From an uncultured Gammaproteobacteria bacterium (GTDB lineage Bacteria > Patescibacteriota > Patescibacteriia > PEXW01): a stretch of 64,000 bases of DNA. Below are positions 17,389 through 26,950 of this stretch, one piece after another. Position 1 is the stretch's first letter. Each line of letters opens with the position of its first letter. Made by a program: the position numbers and the translations under genes. The notes beneath the pieces were generated by a model. It did not search any database. It was not told the DNA's origin and saw only the letters and a program-made list of their open reading frames with translations. Location: the NCBI GenBank assembly GCA_964486505.1, contig CAZAMC010000003.1:139120-203119 (forward strand), given 5' to 3'.

Positions 17389-18129
17389 ATGTATACGTAC
17401 GTCGTCGAAGCAAGCGCGAACACGAAGAAGCACGAGGTTGAACTTGCGCGAGTAGAATCGCGGCTCATTGCTTTGGAGATCGGCGGCCGAATTGAAAAAC
17501 TTACAATCCTAAAAAGTTTGAAGGAAACCCTCAACGACGCGGCGCGTTCAGCTAGCTCAACGGTTGTACTCATTGGCTCGGATAAACTTGTAAACGAAGC
17601 TATGTCAACGCTGGCAGAGCTTGATGTTACGGTAGGCATTATCCCAATAGGGGAACCAACCGTTATTGCGAACGCTCTGGGCATTCCGTACGGCGTTGCC
17701 GCGTGCGACATTCTCTCCGCTCGCATTACCGCTGCACTCGATCTCGTTCGGGTGAACAACCGTTACTTTCTCTCGACCCTGCACCTGCCGGTGGGCGCAG
17801 CCGTAACGCTAGATTGTGATAATCGCTACCAGGTAACCGCCACTACGCCCGCGGCAATCGATATTGCGAACTTTAGTGAAAGTAGCAACCCCAATGATGG
17901 ACAGCTTGAAGTCATTGTTCGCCCAGAAGAAAAATCGGGACTCTTTTCTTTCGGTCGAAAATTTAGCAAGGCCAGCGTTTTCCCTTTTAAGAAATTAACG
18001 ATCCGGAGCGGCAGCGAGAGTCTGCCCATCATGGCCGATGGGGAAACCGTACTCAAAACCCCGGCGACTATTGAAGTTGCGCCACACCGCCTGAAACTCA
18101 TCGTTGGCAAGCACCGCCACTTCGCGTAA
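17389..18129 (+). CDS. Divergent diacylglycerol-kinase-catalytic-domain-like (YegS/DAGK_cat-like) protein
   Basis: VVLIGSDKLVNEA ... GIIPIGEPTVIANALGIP resemble the GGDGT...GIIPLGTGN motifs of DAGK_cat in degenerate form. Confidence 0.45.
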   Translation: MYTYVVEASANTKKHEVELARVESRLIALEIGGRIEKLTILKSLKETLNDAARSASSTVVLIGSDKLVNEAMSTLAELDVTVGIIPIGEPTVIANALGIPYGVAACDILSARITAALDLVRVNNRYFLSTLHLPVGAAVTLDCDNRYQVTATTPAAIDIANFSESSNPNDGQLEVIVRPEEKSGLFSFGRKFSKASVFPFKKLTIRSGSESLPIMADGETVLKTPATIEVAPHRLKLIVGKHRHFA

Positions 18130-18212
18130 AACCCCGGTAACAAGGGGATATTGCTGCTCCTACTGAAGGGTGCTAGTTTAGGGTTAACCCGAAAAACCAC
18201 AAGGAGTCGTGC

Positions 18213-18341
18213 ATGAAGAAACTGCGCAAGGACAAGGCCCCCAAGCGCCCCGCGCGCAAGCGACCCACCTCACCGGCCGCTAGCTACATTCCTGATCGTG
18301 GACACCTGATCAGCGAGTACGCCCGCACGCGGCACCAGTAG
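18213..18341 (+). CDS. Small basic protein (42 aa) of unknown function
   Basis: RBS CAAGGAG 7 nt upstream of the ATG; a possible promoter TTGCTG-17-TAGTTT sits upstream; sequence MKKLRKDKAPKRPARKRPTSPAASYIPDRGHLISEYARTRHQ. Below the ORF-track length cutoff. Confidence 0.35.
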   Translation: MKKLRKDKAPKRPARKRPTSPAASYIPDRGHLISEYARTRHQ

Positions 18342-18405
18342 CGTTCCGCGCCTGTACTCTGTACCCATCCCGCCCACCAGCCAACTGGTGGGCGCTCTAT
18401 ATGCA

Positions 18406-18434
18406 TTGACGAAAAGGGGTTATTTCCGTAGAAT
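18406..18434 (+). promoter_or_regulatory. Sigma70 promoter for infB (near-leaderless transcript)
   Basis: TTGACG (18406-11), a 17-nt spacer, TAGAAT (18429-34), then only 10 nt to the infB ATG at 18445. Confidence 0.55.
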
Positions 18435-18444
18435 CTACGCACGT

Positions 18445-20439
18445 ATGAACGTTACTGAGCTTGCCCGACGGCTTCGCATTCCGGTTCAGGACCTTCGCAC
18501 AGCGTTGCCGAAGCTCGGGTTTGGCATTGGCTCGAAGGCCCACAAAGTTTCGGACGTGGTTGCACAGGGTATCATTAAGAAACACAAGGAGCAGCCCGAG
18601 CTCTTCGAGCCCGAAAAAGAAGTAGATGAAATTGCCATAGCCGAGAAGACGGCCGTCTCTGGGCCAGTCGAAATTCCATCGCGCATTACGGTGCGTGAAT
18701 TTGCCGCACGCCTTGGCAAGCCGGCACCGCTGGTTATCTCCCACTTGATGAAGAATGGAATCTTAGCAACGCTAAACGAAGAAATTGACTTTGACACCGC
18801 TTCAATTGTGGGTTCGGACTTTGGGGCGAATGTGATGCGCCAGAAAGAGCAGACCACAAGCGAGCGCGAGACCGAACTTGCAGATAAAGTGACGCAGCTC
18901 ATTGCCGCCGATGAGCACAAGACGTACAGTCGCCCGCCCGTTGTCGTGGTCATGGGGCACGTTGACCATGGGAAGACCAGCCTGCTCGATGCTATCCGCA
19001 AAGCAAAGGTTGCTGAAAAAGAACATGGCGGCATCACGCAGCACATCGGTGCATACCAAGTGACCCACGAAGGCAAGCTCATAACCTTCATTGATACACC
19101 GGGCCACGAAGCCTTCACCGCCATGCGCTCCCGCGGGGCGAATGTTGCCGACATTGCTATCGTGGTCATTGCGGCAGACGATGGCATAAAACCCCAAACC
19201 CGAGAAGTACTCAACATCGTGGAGCGCACGAAGCTGCCTTTCGTTGTGGCGATCACAAAGATTGATAAGGACGGCGCGAGCGCTGACAAGGTAAAGACTG
19301 ATCTAGCCTCCATCAACCTGCAGCCAGAAGACTGGGGCGGCAAGGTGATGACGGTGCCAGTTTCGGGTAAAACAGGCGCGGGCATTCCAGACTTACTGGC
19401 CGCAATTAACCTGGTGGCCGACGTTGAAAAAGACAAGCTCCTCTCCAATCCAGAAGGCAAACTTGTTGCTACGGTTATTGAGTCCCACGTGGATCCGGGT
19501 GAAGGCCCCATTGCCACGGTGCTCGTGCAGAACGGCACCCTCCGCCAAAGTGACTTCATCGTTGCGGGGCCGGTGGTGGGGAAAGCCCGCAACCTGAAGA
19601 ACTGGAACAACGAAATTGTGGATGCCGCGGGCCCCTCCATGCCTGTGGTCATCCTGGGCTTGAAAGCGGCGCCCTCGGTGGGCGACATTCTCGAATCTCC
19701 GGAAGACGAAAAGGCGGCTCGGAAGCTCATGAAGCAACAGGAAGCGGCGTTGCGGCTCATGCAAATGAAGGCTCGCGAATCGGCCAAGACTGCGTCGGTC
19801 ATCGCTGGCAAATCGGTAACCGGTGACGTAACAAAACTGCCGCTCTTCCTCAAGGCCGACAAAGTTGGCTCCATGGAAGCAATCATCGAGAGCATGAAGG
19901 CCTTCAGCTTTCCCGAAGTTCGCCCCGAGGTAGTGGGCCAAGGTCTAGGCGACATCACAGAGTCAGACGTGCTGCGGGCCGAACAGGCAGGAGCGTGGCT
20001 GCTGGGCTTTAACGTGAGCGTGAGCCCCAAGGTAGTATCCAATGCCCGAACCAAAGTTGAAACCTTCACCGTCATTTACGAACTTTTGGATGCAGTGAAA
20101 GCTGGCTTGGAAGAAAAAGTAGGCGCCGATGTGGTGGAAGAACCCGTCGGCCAAGCCCGGGTACTCAAGGTCTTCCGGAGCGAAGGGAAAACTGCGATTG
20201 CGGGGGCGAAGGTTACCGAGGGCGTTGCCAAGGCGAAAGCGAAGGTCCGCGTCTTCCGTGCCGGAAAAGTCTTGGCCACGGTGAAGTTGGAGCAACTCCA
20301 GCAGAACAAGCAGAGCGTGGGTGAAGTGGCGACAAACTTGGAGTGCGGACTCAAACTCTCGGGCTTTGCAGGCATTACCGAAGGGGACACCTTGGTGTTC
20401 GTCGAGGAAAAACTTGTGAAGCGCAAACTCGAAGGGTAA
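18445..20439 (+). CDS. infB: Translation initiation factor IF-2
   Basis: IF2_N motif (MNVTELARRLRIP), G-domain VVVMGHVDHGKTSLLD...DTPGHEAF...NKIDK, and IF-2 beta-barrel domains. The track start at 18388 lies inside the promoter; 18445 is preferred. Confidence 0.9.
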   Translation: MNVTELARRLRIPVQDLRTALPKLGFGIGSKAHKVSDVVAQGIIKKHKEQPELFEPEKEVDEIAIAEKTAVSGPVEIPSRITVREFAARLGKPAPLVISHLMKNGILATLNEEIDFDTASIVGSDFGANVMRQKEQTTSERETELADKVTQLIAADEHKTYSRPPVVVVMGHVDHGKTSLLDAIRKAKVAEKEHGGITQHIGAYQVTHEGKLITFIDTPGHEAFTAMRSRGANVADIAIVVIAADDGIKPQTREVLNIVERTKLPFVVAITKIDKDGASADKVKTDLASINLQPEDWGGKVMTVPVSGKTGAGIPDLLAAINLVADVEKDKLLSNPEGKLVATVIESHVDPGEGPIATVLVQNGTLRQSDFIVAGPVVGKARNLKNWNNEIVDAAGPSMPVVILGLKAAPSVGDILESPEDEKAARKLMKQQEAALRLMQMKARESAKTASVIAGKSVTGDVTKLPLFLKADKVGSMEAIIESMKAFSFPEVRPEVVGQGLGDITESDVLRAEQAGAWLLGFNVSVSPKVVSNARTKVETFTVIYELLDAVKAGLEEKVGADVVEEPVGQARVLKVFRSEGKTAIAGAKVTEGVAKAKAKVRVFRAGKVLATVKLEQLQQNKQSVGEVATNLECGLKLSGFAGITEGDTLVFVEEKLVKRKLEG

Positions 20440-20808
20440 ATGCCTTCCAAACGCGTCAACCAACTCAACGCCTTGCTCCAGCAGAAACTGGGGGAAATTT
20501 TTCTCATAGAAATGAACTTCCCCGAAGGCGCTGTGGTCACCATAACCCGCGTCGAAACAACGGGGGATATTCGTCACTGTGTCGTTTTCCTGTCGGTCCT
20601 ACCGGAAAAGTTTGAGGGCGGCGTGCTAACGTTGCTGAACAAGCGCTTGCCCTTCCTGCACCACGAGCTCATGAAGGCGCTCACCCTCTCCCGCATCCCC
20701 ACCCTGCACTTCCGCATTGAAACGCGCGGCAAAGCGGCGGGCGATATTGAAAAGTTACTGGACCAAGTGAAGGCGGATTTGCCGCCGGAGGAACTGCGGC
20801 CGCAATAG
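20440..20808 (+). CDS. rbfA: Ribosome-binding factor A
   Basis: RbfA pattern (RVNQLNALLQQKLGEIF...VTITRVETTGDIRHCVVFLSV) and the conserved infB-rbfA order; stop/start junction TAAATG. Confidence 0.85.
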   Translation: MPSKRVNQLNALLQQKLGEIFLIEMNFPEGAVVTITRVETTGDIRHCVVFLSVLPEKFEGGVLTLLNKRLPFLHHELMKALTLSRIPTLHFRIETRGKAAGDIEKLLDQVKADLPPEELRPQ

Positions 20809-20846
20809 CAAGAAAGGACCGCGCAGAGCACGGTCCTCAAGGATGA

Positions 20847-21080
20847 CTACAACCTCGGGCTAAATTTTTTCGATCCCGATGGTGGGGATGGCGGGCCTCC
20901 ACGTCCAATCCGAGAGATGACGAAGCCGATGACCAGGATGATCACGAAAATGGCCACGGGAGCTCTCAGGTCTCTTAGCATTGCTCCCGGCGTGTCCCAC
21001 GCTTCGGCATCCGGGTTGTTAAGTGCGGCCACGTTTGAACCAATCACGAGCAAAAAACACAACAGAATGAACTTTTTCAC
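20847..21080 (-). CDS. Small secreted/membrane protein (77 aa, GTG start)
   Basis: GGAGG then 8 nt then GTG; signal peptide MKKFILLCFLLVIGSNVAA and a second TM helix (VAIFVIILVIGFVI). Confidence 0.45.
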   Translation of the reverse strand: MKKFILLCFLLVIGSNVAALNNPDAEAWDTPGAMLRDLRAPVAIFVIILVIGFVISRIGRGGPPSPPSGSKKFSPRL

Positions 21081-21186
21081 TTGCAAACCTCCGGTCAACT
21101 TTTGTGCTTACGTCGTACCACACGCCCGGTACCTCCACAAGTTGGAGGCGTAAGTAGAGCGCCCACACGGGAGCGCTCCGAACAGA

Positions 21187-21513
21187 CTACTCATTGGTGT
21201 CCCAGAAAAAGTCCTCTCTGCTGGCGCCGATGCGAATGCTGCTCCCAGCCGTTAACAGCTTTTCAGCTTTTTCGCGTATCTCACTAACTTCCTGTTCCTT
21301 GAATGGCATGCCGAGCATGAGCAGCTCTACAGATGCACGCACCGTACTGCCATAAACATTCGAGTCAGCGACTTGCCAAACGGACACACAGTGGACTTTT
21401 TCAGGATGACCGTGCGCGGTTGCTACAATCAGTGGCAGCGCATCCTGCAGGTCCTGACACTTTTTGAGGTCTGGACCAAACGTGTTAATTTTCATCAGAA
21501 CCACAATGTTCAT
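21187..21513 (-). CDS. Hypothetical protein (108 aa)
   Basis: Strong RBS AAAGAGGAGG 5 nt upstream of the ATG; no recognised family (contains an AHGHPEKVHC segment). Confidence 0.55.
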   Translation of the reverse strand: MNIVVLMKINTFGPDLKKCQDLQDALPLIVATAHGHPEKVHCVSVWQVADSNVYGSTVRASVELLMLGMPFKEQEVSEIREKAEKLLTAGSSIRIGASREDFFWDTNE

Positions 21514-21613
21514 TGTTCCTCCTCTTTCAAATCAATTTGGTTTTGTGCAACAGCCAAGGCTAACACTCTGCGGTTTCCGATGTCAAGGGCGGGAGATGGT
21601 CAAGCTAATCTAC

Positions 21614-21642
21614 AAAAGCCCGACAGTTATTGTCGGGCTTTT
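21614..21642. terminator. Bidirectional rho-independent terminator
   Basis: AAAA-GCCCGACAgttatTGTCGGGC-TTTT. Confidence 0.5.
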
Positions 21643-21662
21643 CATAATGAACGTGGGCAGAC

Positions 21663-21857
21663 TTAGGCGTGGCCACCATTGGGCTGAACCTTGAGCCAGC
21701 GCACTGCCACCACCTCGCGACAGAAAGCGTAGAACGCCGTACCCGCGAGAGCACCGATGATGATGCTCGCCACAGACAGCAGGGCTCCACCCTGCAAAAA
21801 GTACCGTTCAGCGACGAAAGTGACGACCATGCCAAGCGAGGCGTCGACCAAACACAT
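21663..21857 (-). CDS. Possible small membrane protein (64 aa)
   Basis: ORF ends just upstream of the terminator; hydrophobic segment LLSVASIIIGALAGTAFYAF; no RBS found. Confidence 0.3.
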   Translation of the reverse strand: MCLVDASLGMVVTFVAERYFLQGGALLSVASIIIGALAGTAFYAFCREVVAVRWLKVQPNGGHA

Positions 21858-22092
21858 TGCCCGGTCACGACAGTGGACGACACCGCACCGGCTGCGGCGC
21901 CAGCATACATCCTGACGCCAAGGCCCTGGGGCCGCGCACCTGTAAGAAGCAGCATGAAATCCTGTGCCAGAGCGGCTGCGATTTCTGTCCGCACTGCGGC
22001 CAGGACATTAGTTTCTACCGCTTCTTCTTGGTCGCCTAAACTCCCGGCCAACCCCTCCCTTGGGTTGGCCGGCTTTCCATTGCCGTCGTGGT

Positions 22093-22121
22093 CTTGACGC
22101 AGTACGCTGGACGTCGTACAG
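22093..22121 (+). promoter_or_regulatory. Sigma70-type promoter for nrnA
   Basis: TTGACG, a 17-nt spacer, TACAGT, then 14 nt to the ATG at 22136. Confidence 0.45.
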
Positions 22122-22135
22122 TACGTGATCTTCTT

Positions 22136-23110
22136 ATGACTGACCACCTCGCCACCTACGACGCCATTACCCAGGCAATCCGCGACGCTCGGGAAATCCT
22201 GCTCATTGCCCACAAAAAGCCGGATGGCGACACCCTGGGAGCGAACCTCGCCGTAGCCAATTGGCTGCGGGACCAAGGGCGCCACTTCCACATCTACTGC
22301 ACCCATCCCGTGCCCGCCCACTTCCAGTACCTGCCGCTCTGGCAGCACGTGAAAACCACCGATGAAGAACTGGCGGGCATCCCGTTTGACCTGGTGATCG
22401 CCATTGATTCATCCAGCCTGTCGTACTCGGGGGCCGAAGACCTGGTGAGCAAACTCCAGGGCAAACCAAAGATTGTGAACATCGATCACCATGCCACGAA
22501 TCCACACTTCGGCGATCTCAACGTCGTGGATGCTTCCGCGTCCTCGGCCTGCGAGCTGGTGTACCGCTTCCTCACGCATGTGGGCGGGACTGTAACCCGC
22601 GATATTGCTACGTGCTTGCTCACGGGCATCCTCACCGACACCGGCGGCTTCTCCAACATGGCCACAACGTATGAAGCCATGGACATTGCGGGCACGCTCC
22701 TCAAGCGGGGCGCGAAATTCCGGGCTATCACCAACCACACCGTTCGGAACAAATCCGTTACGACGCTCAAACTCTGGGGCCGCGCTTTGGACCGACTCAC
22801 GCGTCACGCGAATGGCGTCGTCAGCACCGTCATAACGCAGGCAGACTTACAAGAGTGCGAAGCCACGGAGGACGACATGGAAGGCATTGCCAACTTCCTC
22901 AACGCGCTCCAGGACGCCAAGATCATCATGGTGCTCAAAGAACAAGATGGAATGGTGAGGGGTAGCCTGCGCACCACCGAGCCCGACGTGGACGTTGCCG
23001 AGCTGGCGAAGCGCTGGTTTGGCGGGGGTGGACATAAGAAAGCCGCGGGCTTCAGCGTGCCGGGCAAACTCGTCCAGACCCCACACGGCTGGCGAATCGA
23101 AAGTGTATAA
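22136..23110 (+). CDS. nrnA: DHH-family phosphoesterase NrnA (oligoribonuclease / pAp phosphatase)
   Basis: DHH motifs (HKKPDGDTLGA, NIDHHATN) and DHHA1 (GGGGHKKAAG). Confidence 0.85.
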   Translation: MTDHLATYDAITQAIRDAREILLIAHKKPDGDTLGANLAVANWLRDQGRHFHIYCTHPVPAHFQYLPLWQHVKTTDEELAGIPFDLVIAIDSSSLSYSGAEDLVSKLQGKPKIVNIDHHATNPHFGDLNVVDASASSACELVYRFLTHVGGTVTRDIATCLLTGILTDTGGFSNMATTYEAMDIAGTLLKRGAKFRAITNHTVRNKSVTTLKLWGRALDRLTRHANGVVSTVITQADLQECEATEDDMEGIANFLNALQDAKIIMVLKEQDGMVRGSLRTTEPDVDVAELAKRWFGGGGHKKAAGFSVPGKLVQTPHGWRIESV

Positions 23111-23150
23111 AAAAGGAGCCGAGATTGTGTCTCGACTCCCGTGAAGAACA

Positions 23151-25970
23151 TTACTTCGATTCCATCTTTACAAGAATCTGGCCGAGCATCTCCAAGCGGC
23201 GTCCAGCTTCGGCAAATTTGCCTTCGCTGTTCAACTGCTTGTACTCGCTGAAGAGCCGGCGCGCTTCGTCAGCAAGGTTGCTGTCTCCGCCCGCCACATT
23301 GTTGGTCAAGCCCCCTGCCAGAACTTCAACGTGGCCACCTTGCCGGTTCAGTAGATCCTGCAAAGCTTCATTGAAGGTTGCGCCGTACCCAAGCGCGGTT
23401 TGACTTGCAACGACAACGCGCTGGAGCTGCGGCATATTGGCGTTCTCTGACTGCAGGTAGATAGGCGCCACGTACAGGAGCTCAAAGTTCGGCAGCGGGA
23501 TGACGAGGACATCACGCTGGATGACATTCGATCCCTTCTGATTCCACAGAGTGAAGTCTTGGGAGATCTTATCATCTTGATTAATGTTGGCGTTCACCTG
23601 CAGGGGCCCGTAGACCAGCCGATCTTTGGGGAAATGGTACACGTACAGTTCCCCGTACGCGTCACCATCGCAACGAGCGGCAATCCACGCCACCATGTTG
23701 TTCTTGGTGTTCGCGGGGTCTTTGGTGTGCGGGGTAAACGGGAGCATACCCACGTACTCTTCAGTCGCATGACCGGGGAGTTGCATGAGCAGGTAATACG
23801 CCGGCATACGACCGACGTTCCCATCACCACTCTGCTGCGCCACATCCCAGGCATCTTCCTGATTGTAGAAGAGCCCAGGGTCGTTCATGTGATACCGGCA
23901 GAGCATGTCCGCTTGAATATTGAGCAAGTCTTCGGGGTAACGAATGTGCTTGCGCAACGAAGCCGGCATTTGCTCCATGGGCGTAAAGAGCGACGGGAAG
24001 ATACGCTCCCAGGTCTGGATCATCGGGTCAGTTGAATCTGACACGTAAAACATGACCCGGCCATTGAAGGCGTCGATCGTGATCTTTACCGAATTGCGGA
24101 TGTAGTTAATGTCCGCCCCGTGCTTTTCTGAGTACGGGTACTTATCGGTCACGGTATATGCGTCCAGCATGTAGTAGAGGGCGCTGTCCGCAACAACACA
24201 GTAGGGATCAAAATCAAGCCTCAGAAATGGAGCAAGCTTCTTTACCCGAGTAATGATGTCGCGATCAAACAGAATGCGACTTTCGGCATGAAGCTCGCTG
24301 GCCATAAACATACGGAAGCCATCAAACGCCCAGGCGAGAGCCAGCTTATGCAGACCGGTACCGAGAGGCACGCCGCCCGTACCGTTATAGGTATACAGTA
24401 CGTTCGTTCCGGAGTCGGATGGGTAATCAAACTCCTTGTGGCTCGTCTGTACTATCACCGTAGAGTTGGTCACCTCGCCGTAGTAGATACGCGGCTGTTT
24501 GATCCCAAGTTCGGGATACTTCGCTTGCGCGGGGATATCCTTCACCCAGTAATCAGGTTCACCACGACCCAGTACGACGTTGGATGGGTTCATGCACACC
24601 CCCATGCCATGGGTGTAGACGAGGCGTAAGTTCTGCCACGTCTGCGCCTGCTCGGTGATGTGGTCACTATAGAGCTCCCGCGGGGCAACCATAAGCTGCA
24701 CCGCTTTGCCCTGCACTTCATACCGGTCAACGTCGACATCGGGGAACCCGTAGTAGGTTCTCAGAGCCTGACGGTTGTGATTGTTTGCAATCAACACCCG
24801 CCAGTCCCATAAACGGATACTCCCCAGCGTCCCGGCACTTACTTGCAGCGTCGAGCTCGTAATACTGTCGTGCAGCGCGAACTCTTTATCGTGGATATGC
24901 GAGAGGTTATAGGCCTCACGCGTGGCCACAATGTTCCGCTCAATGTAGACCTGTTCTTTGGTCAGTTCATTCGGCGCTACGCTGTAGTGCTGAACCAACC
25001 CTGGATACAGAACCATGCCTGAGAGGAAAAATAGCACTGCGCCACCGAAACCGATGATCAACGACCGAACCGTAAACTTCAGGCTCTTATGGAAAGCGCC
25101 TATGAAATTCACGGCGGCGAAAATCACTAGCAGCCACTGCGCCAGCTGGTACATCGGCAGTCGGGCATGTAAGTCTGTGTAGCCAGCACCGACGACGACG
25201 CCGTTGGTGGAGTACACAAGTTCCCACATGTTAAGCCGCGCGCCCCAAGCGAAAAGCAGAAGCATGCATGCGACGAGGAAGGAACCGTGACTGAGTAGCA
25301 AGTACTTCAGCCGGCGGTTGCGTTCCATTACGGCTCTCGATTCATTGCTCCAGGAGTTGTAGTTCCATACGCACTTGGTGAGGTAACCAGCCGCCGTAAG
25401 GGCAGCCGCACACACGATAAGCCCGAAGAAGTACGTCGCAAGATCGTTGAACCACGGGAGAGCGTAAACGTAGAAGCTAATGTCCTTATTGAACACCGCA
25501 TCTACTTTCCCAAACCCCACGTGTGCCCCGTACTGCAAGTACGTTTCCCAGCTAGACGCTGTGAAAAGGCCGGCGATGACTGAAACACCTGCAAAGATCG
25601 ACACCAATTGACCATGGGAGGGGTAGGCAATCCCTTCTGTACGGCCTATGGGGTGAAGATCTTCTTTCCGAACCTTCCACTGGATGAACTTGGCGTTGGC
25701 CCAGAGTACCAGGAAGAACCCGAGCGTACCGAAGATGAATAGCTGGACTTTCGTCCAGAATCCTGTCCAGTACACACTGGCCTGCCCGAGCTCCTCAAAC
25801 CACATTGCATTCACCCACACTCCCGACGCAATAATCGCCAGGATTATGGCTACGTCAGCCGCTATTGCGGACCATACTGCTAGTCCTTTCCACGGACGCT
25901 TGCGTATTGCAGCGAGCACCCAAGGAATGTGCACAGCGACAAAGAGGACGGTGATGAGGAAACCAAACAC
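23151..25970 (-). CDS. UPF0182 family large membrane protein
   Basis: 939 aa: N-terminal ~7 TM helices, then a large extracytoplasmic domain, matching UPF0182 architecture. The coding region is visibly lower in GC than its neighbours. Confidence 0.75.
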   Translation of the reverse strand: MFGFLITVLFVAVHIPWVLAAIRKRPWKGLAVWSAIAADVAIILAIIASGVWVNAMWFEELGQASVYWTGFWTKVQLFIFGTLGFFLVLWANAKFIQWKVRKEDLHPIGRTEGIAYPSHGQLVSIFAGVSVIAGLFTASSWETYLQYGAHVGFGKVDAVFNKDISFYVYALPWFNDLATYFFGLIVCAAALTAAGYLTKCVWNYNSWSNESRAVMERNRRLKYLLLSHGSFLVACMLLLFAWGARLNMWELVYSTNGVVVGAGYTDLHARLPMYQLAQWLLVIFAAVNFIGAFHKSLKFTVRSLIIGFGGAVLFFLSGMVLYPGLVQHYSVAPNELTKEQVYIERNIVATREAYNLSHIHDKEFALHDSITSSTLQVSAGTLGSIRLWDWRVLIANNHNRQALRTYYGFPDVDVDRYEVQGKAVQLMVAPRELYSDHITEQAQTWQNLRLVYTHGMGVCMNPSNVVLGRGEPDYWVKDIPAQAKYPELGIKQPRIYYGEVTNSTVIVQTSHKEFDYPSDSGTNVLYTYNGTGGVPLGTGLHKLALAWAFDGFRMFMASELHAESRILFDRDIITRVKKLAPFLRLDFDPYCVVADSALYYMLDAYTVTDKYPYSEKHGADINYIRNSVKITIDAFNGRVMFYVSDSTDPMIQTWERIFPSLFTPMEQMPASLRKHIRYPEDLLNIQADMLCRYHMNDPGLFYNQEDAWDVAQQSGDGNVGRMPAYYLLMQLPGHATEEYVGMLPFTPHTKDPANTKNNMVAWIAARCDGDAYGELYVYHFPKDRLVYGPLQVNANINQDDKISQDFTLWNQKGSNVIQRDVLVIPLPNFELLYVAPIYLQSENANMPQLQRVVVASQTALGYGATFNEALQDLLNRQGGHVEVLAGGLTNNVAGGDSNLADEARRLFSEYKQLNSEGKFAEAGRRLEMLGQILVKMESK

Positions 25971-26239
25971 ATGAACCTCCTTCTAATAGGTCTTGTATAT
26001 TGAATTTTTACAATTTTTCAACGTGCGCTCCAGGAATCTGGAATCACTATGTTTGCAAAGCTCTAGCTGAGCATTCCAAACGTGCCAGCATAACTCATTT
26101 TTTCAAATTTGTCAAGGTGTGCCACTATTCGGGATCAATATTTTTTCTCTGCAATCACCGGTTGACCGCCCGCACAGATTGACGGAACAGTGCTTTTGCC
26201 ATATACCACTACTACCTACTCCCTAGCCTCATCTCACGT

Positions 26240-26824
26240 ATGTACCTGGTCCCCACCGTTATCGAAAAGACCAACTTCGGCGAGCGCGCCTACGACATTT
26301 ACTCCCGCTTGCTCAAAGACCGAATCATCTTTCTTGGCGACGCCATTGACGATGGCATCGCGAATACGGTCATCGCGCAGATGCTCCTCTTGGCTAGCCA
26401 AGATTCGGACAAAGACATCAAGCTCTACATCAACTCACCCGGCGGCTCGGTGACCTCGGGCATGGCCATTTACGACACCATGCAGTACGTGAAGCCGGAC
26501 GTGAGCACCATCTGCGTGGGCATGGCCGCGAGCATGGCGGCCGTTCTCCTCGCCGGCGGGAAGAAGGGCAAGCGCCTGGCCCTGCCGAATGCCGAAATTC
26601 TCATTCACCAGGTGATGGGTGGCACCGAGGGGCAAGCCTCGGACATAAAAATTCGCGCTGAGCACATCCTGAAGATAAAGGACCGGCTCAACCAGATCCT
26701 CGCCAAGCACACGGGTCAACCTATTCGGAAAGTGGAAGAGGATAGCGACCGGGACAACTACATGAGTGCCGAAGAAGCCCGGAAGTACGGCATCGTGGAC
26801 AAGATAATTACCAAGACTCCGTAA
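26240..26824 (+). CDS. clpP: ATP-dependent Clp protease proteolytic subunit
   Basis: [21 protein letters not shown]...[20 protein letters not shown]...[16 protein letters not shown]...HQ, the Ser-His-Asp ClpP signatures. Confidence 0.92.
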   Translation: MYLVPTVIEKTNFGERAYDIYSRLLKDRIIFLGDAIDDGIANTVIAQMLLLASQDSDKDIKLYINSPGGSVTSGMAIYDTMQYVKPDVSTICVGMAASMAAVLLAGGKKGKRLALPNAEILIHQVMGGTEGQASDIKIRAEHILKIKDRLNQILAKHTGQPIRKVEEDSDRDNYMSAEEARKYGIVDKIITKTP

Positions 26825-26836
26825 ATCCCCGCCCAA

Positions 26837-26861
26837 ACGCGCAGTACCCCTGCGCGTTTTG
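26837..26861 (+). terminator. Rho-independent terminator after clpP
   Basis: CGCGCAG / CTGCGCG stem followed by TTTT. Confidence 0.5.
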
Positions 26862-26950
26862 CATTTCTCAGAGAACATGGTATGGTACGGTCTGCTACGA
26901 AACTGGCGGATTTTCCGCAGTAGCCCTCAAATCCCACATGTTCCTCCCTT

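Noticed and set aside
18486-20075. 529-aa minus-strand ORF
   Set aside because: Antisense of infB; Ser/Thr/Ala/Pro-rich with no motifs.
21187-21513. 6-pyruvoyl-tetrahydropterin synthase (QueD) call for the 108-aa protein
   Set aside because: An HGH tripeptide is present, but the surrounding C-x5-HGH-xY context and the N-terminal FxxAHxL motif of QueD/PTPS are absent. Left as hypothetical.
21605-22348. 247-aa minus-strand ORF
   Set aside because: Overlaps the nrnA 5' region and promoter on the opposite strand; low-complexity composition; no RBS.
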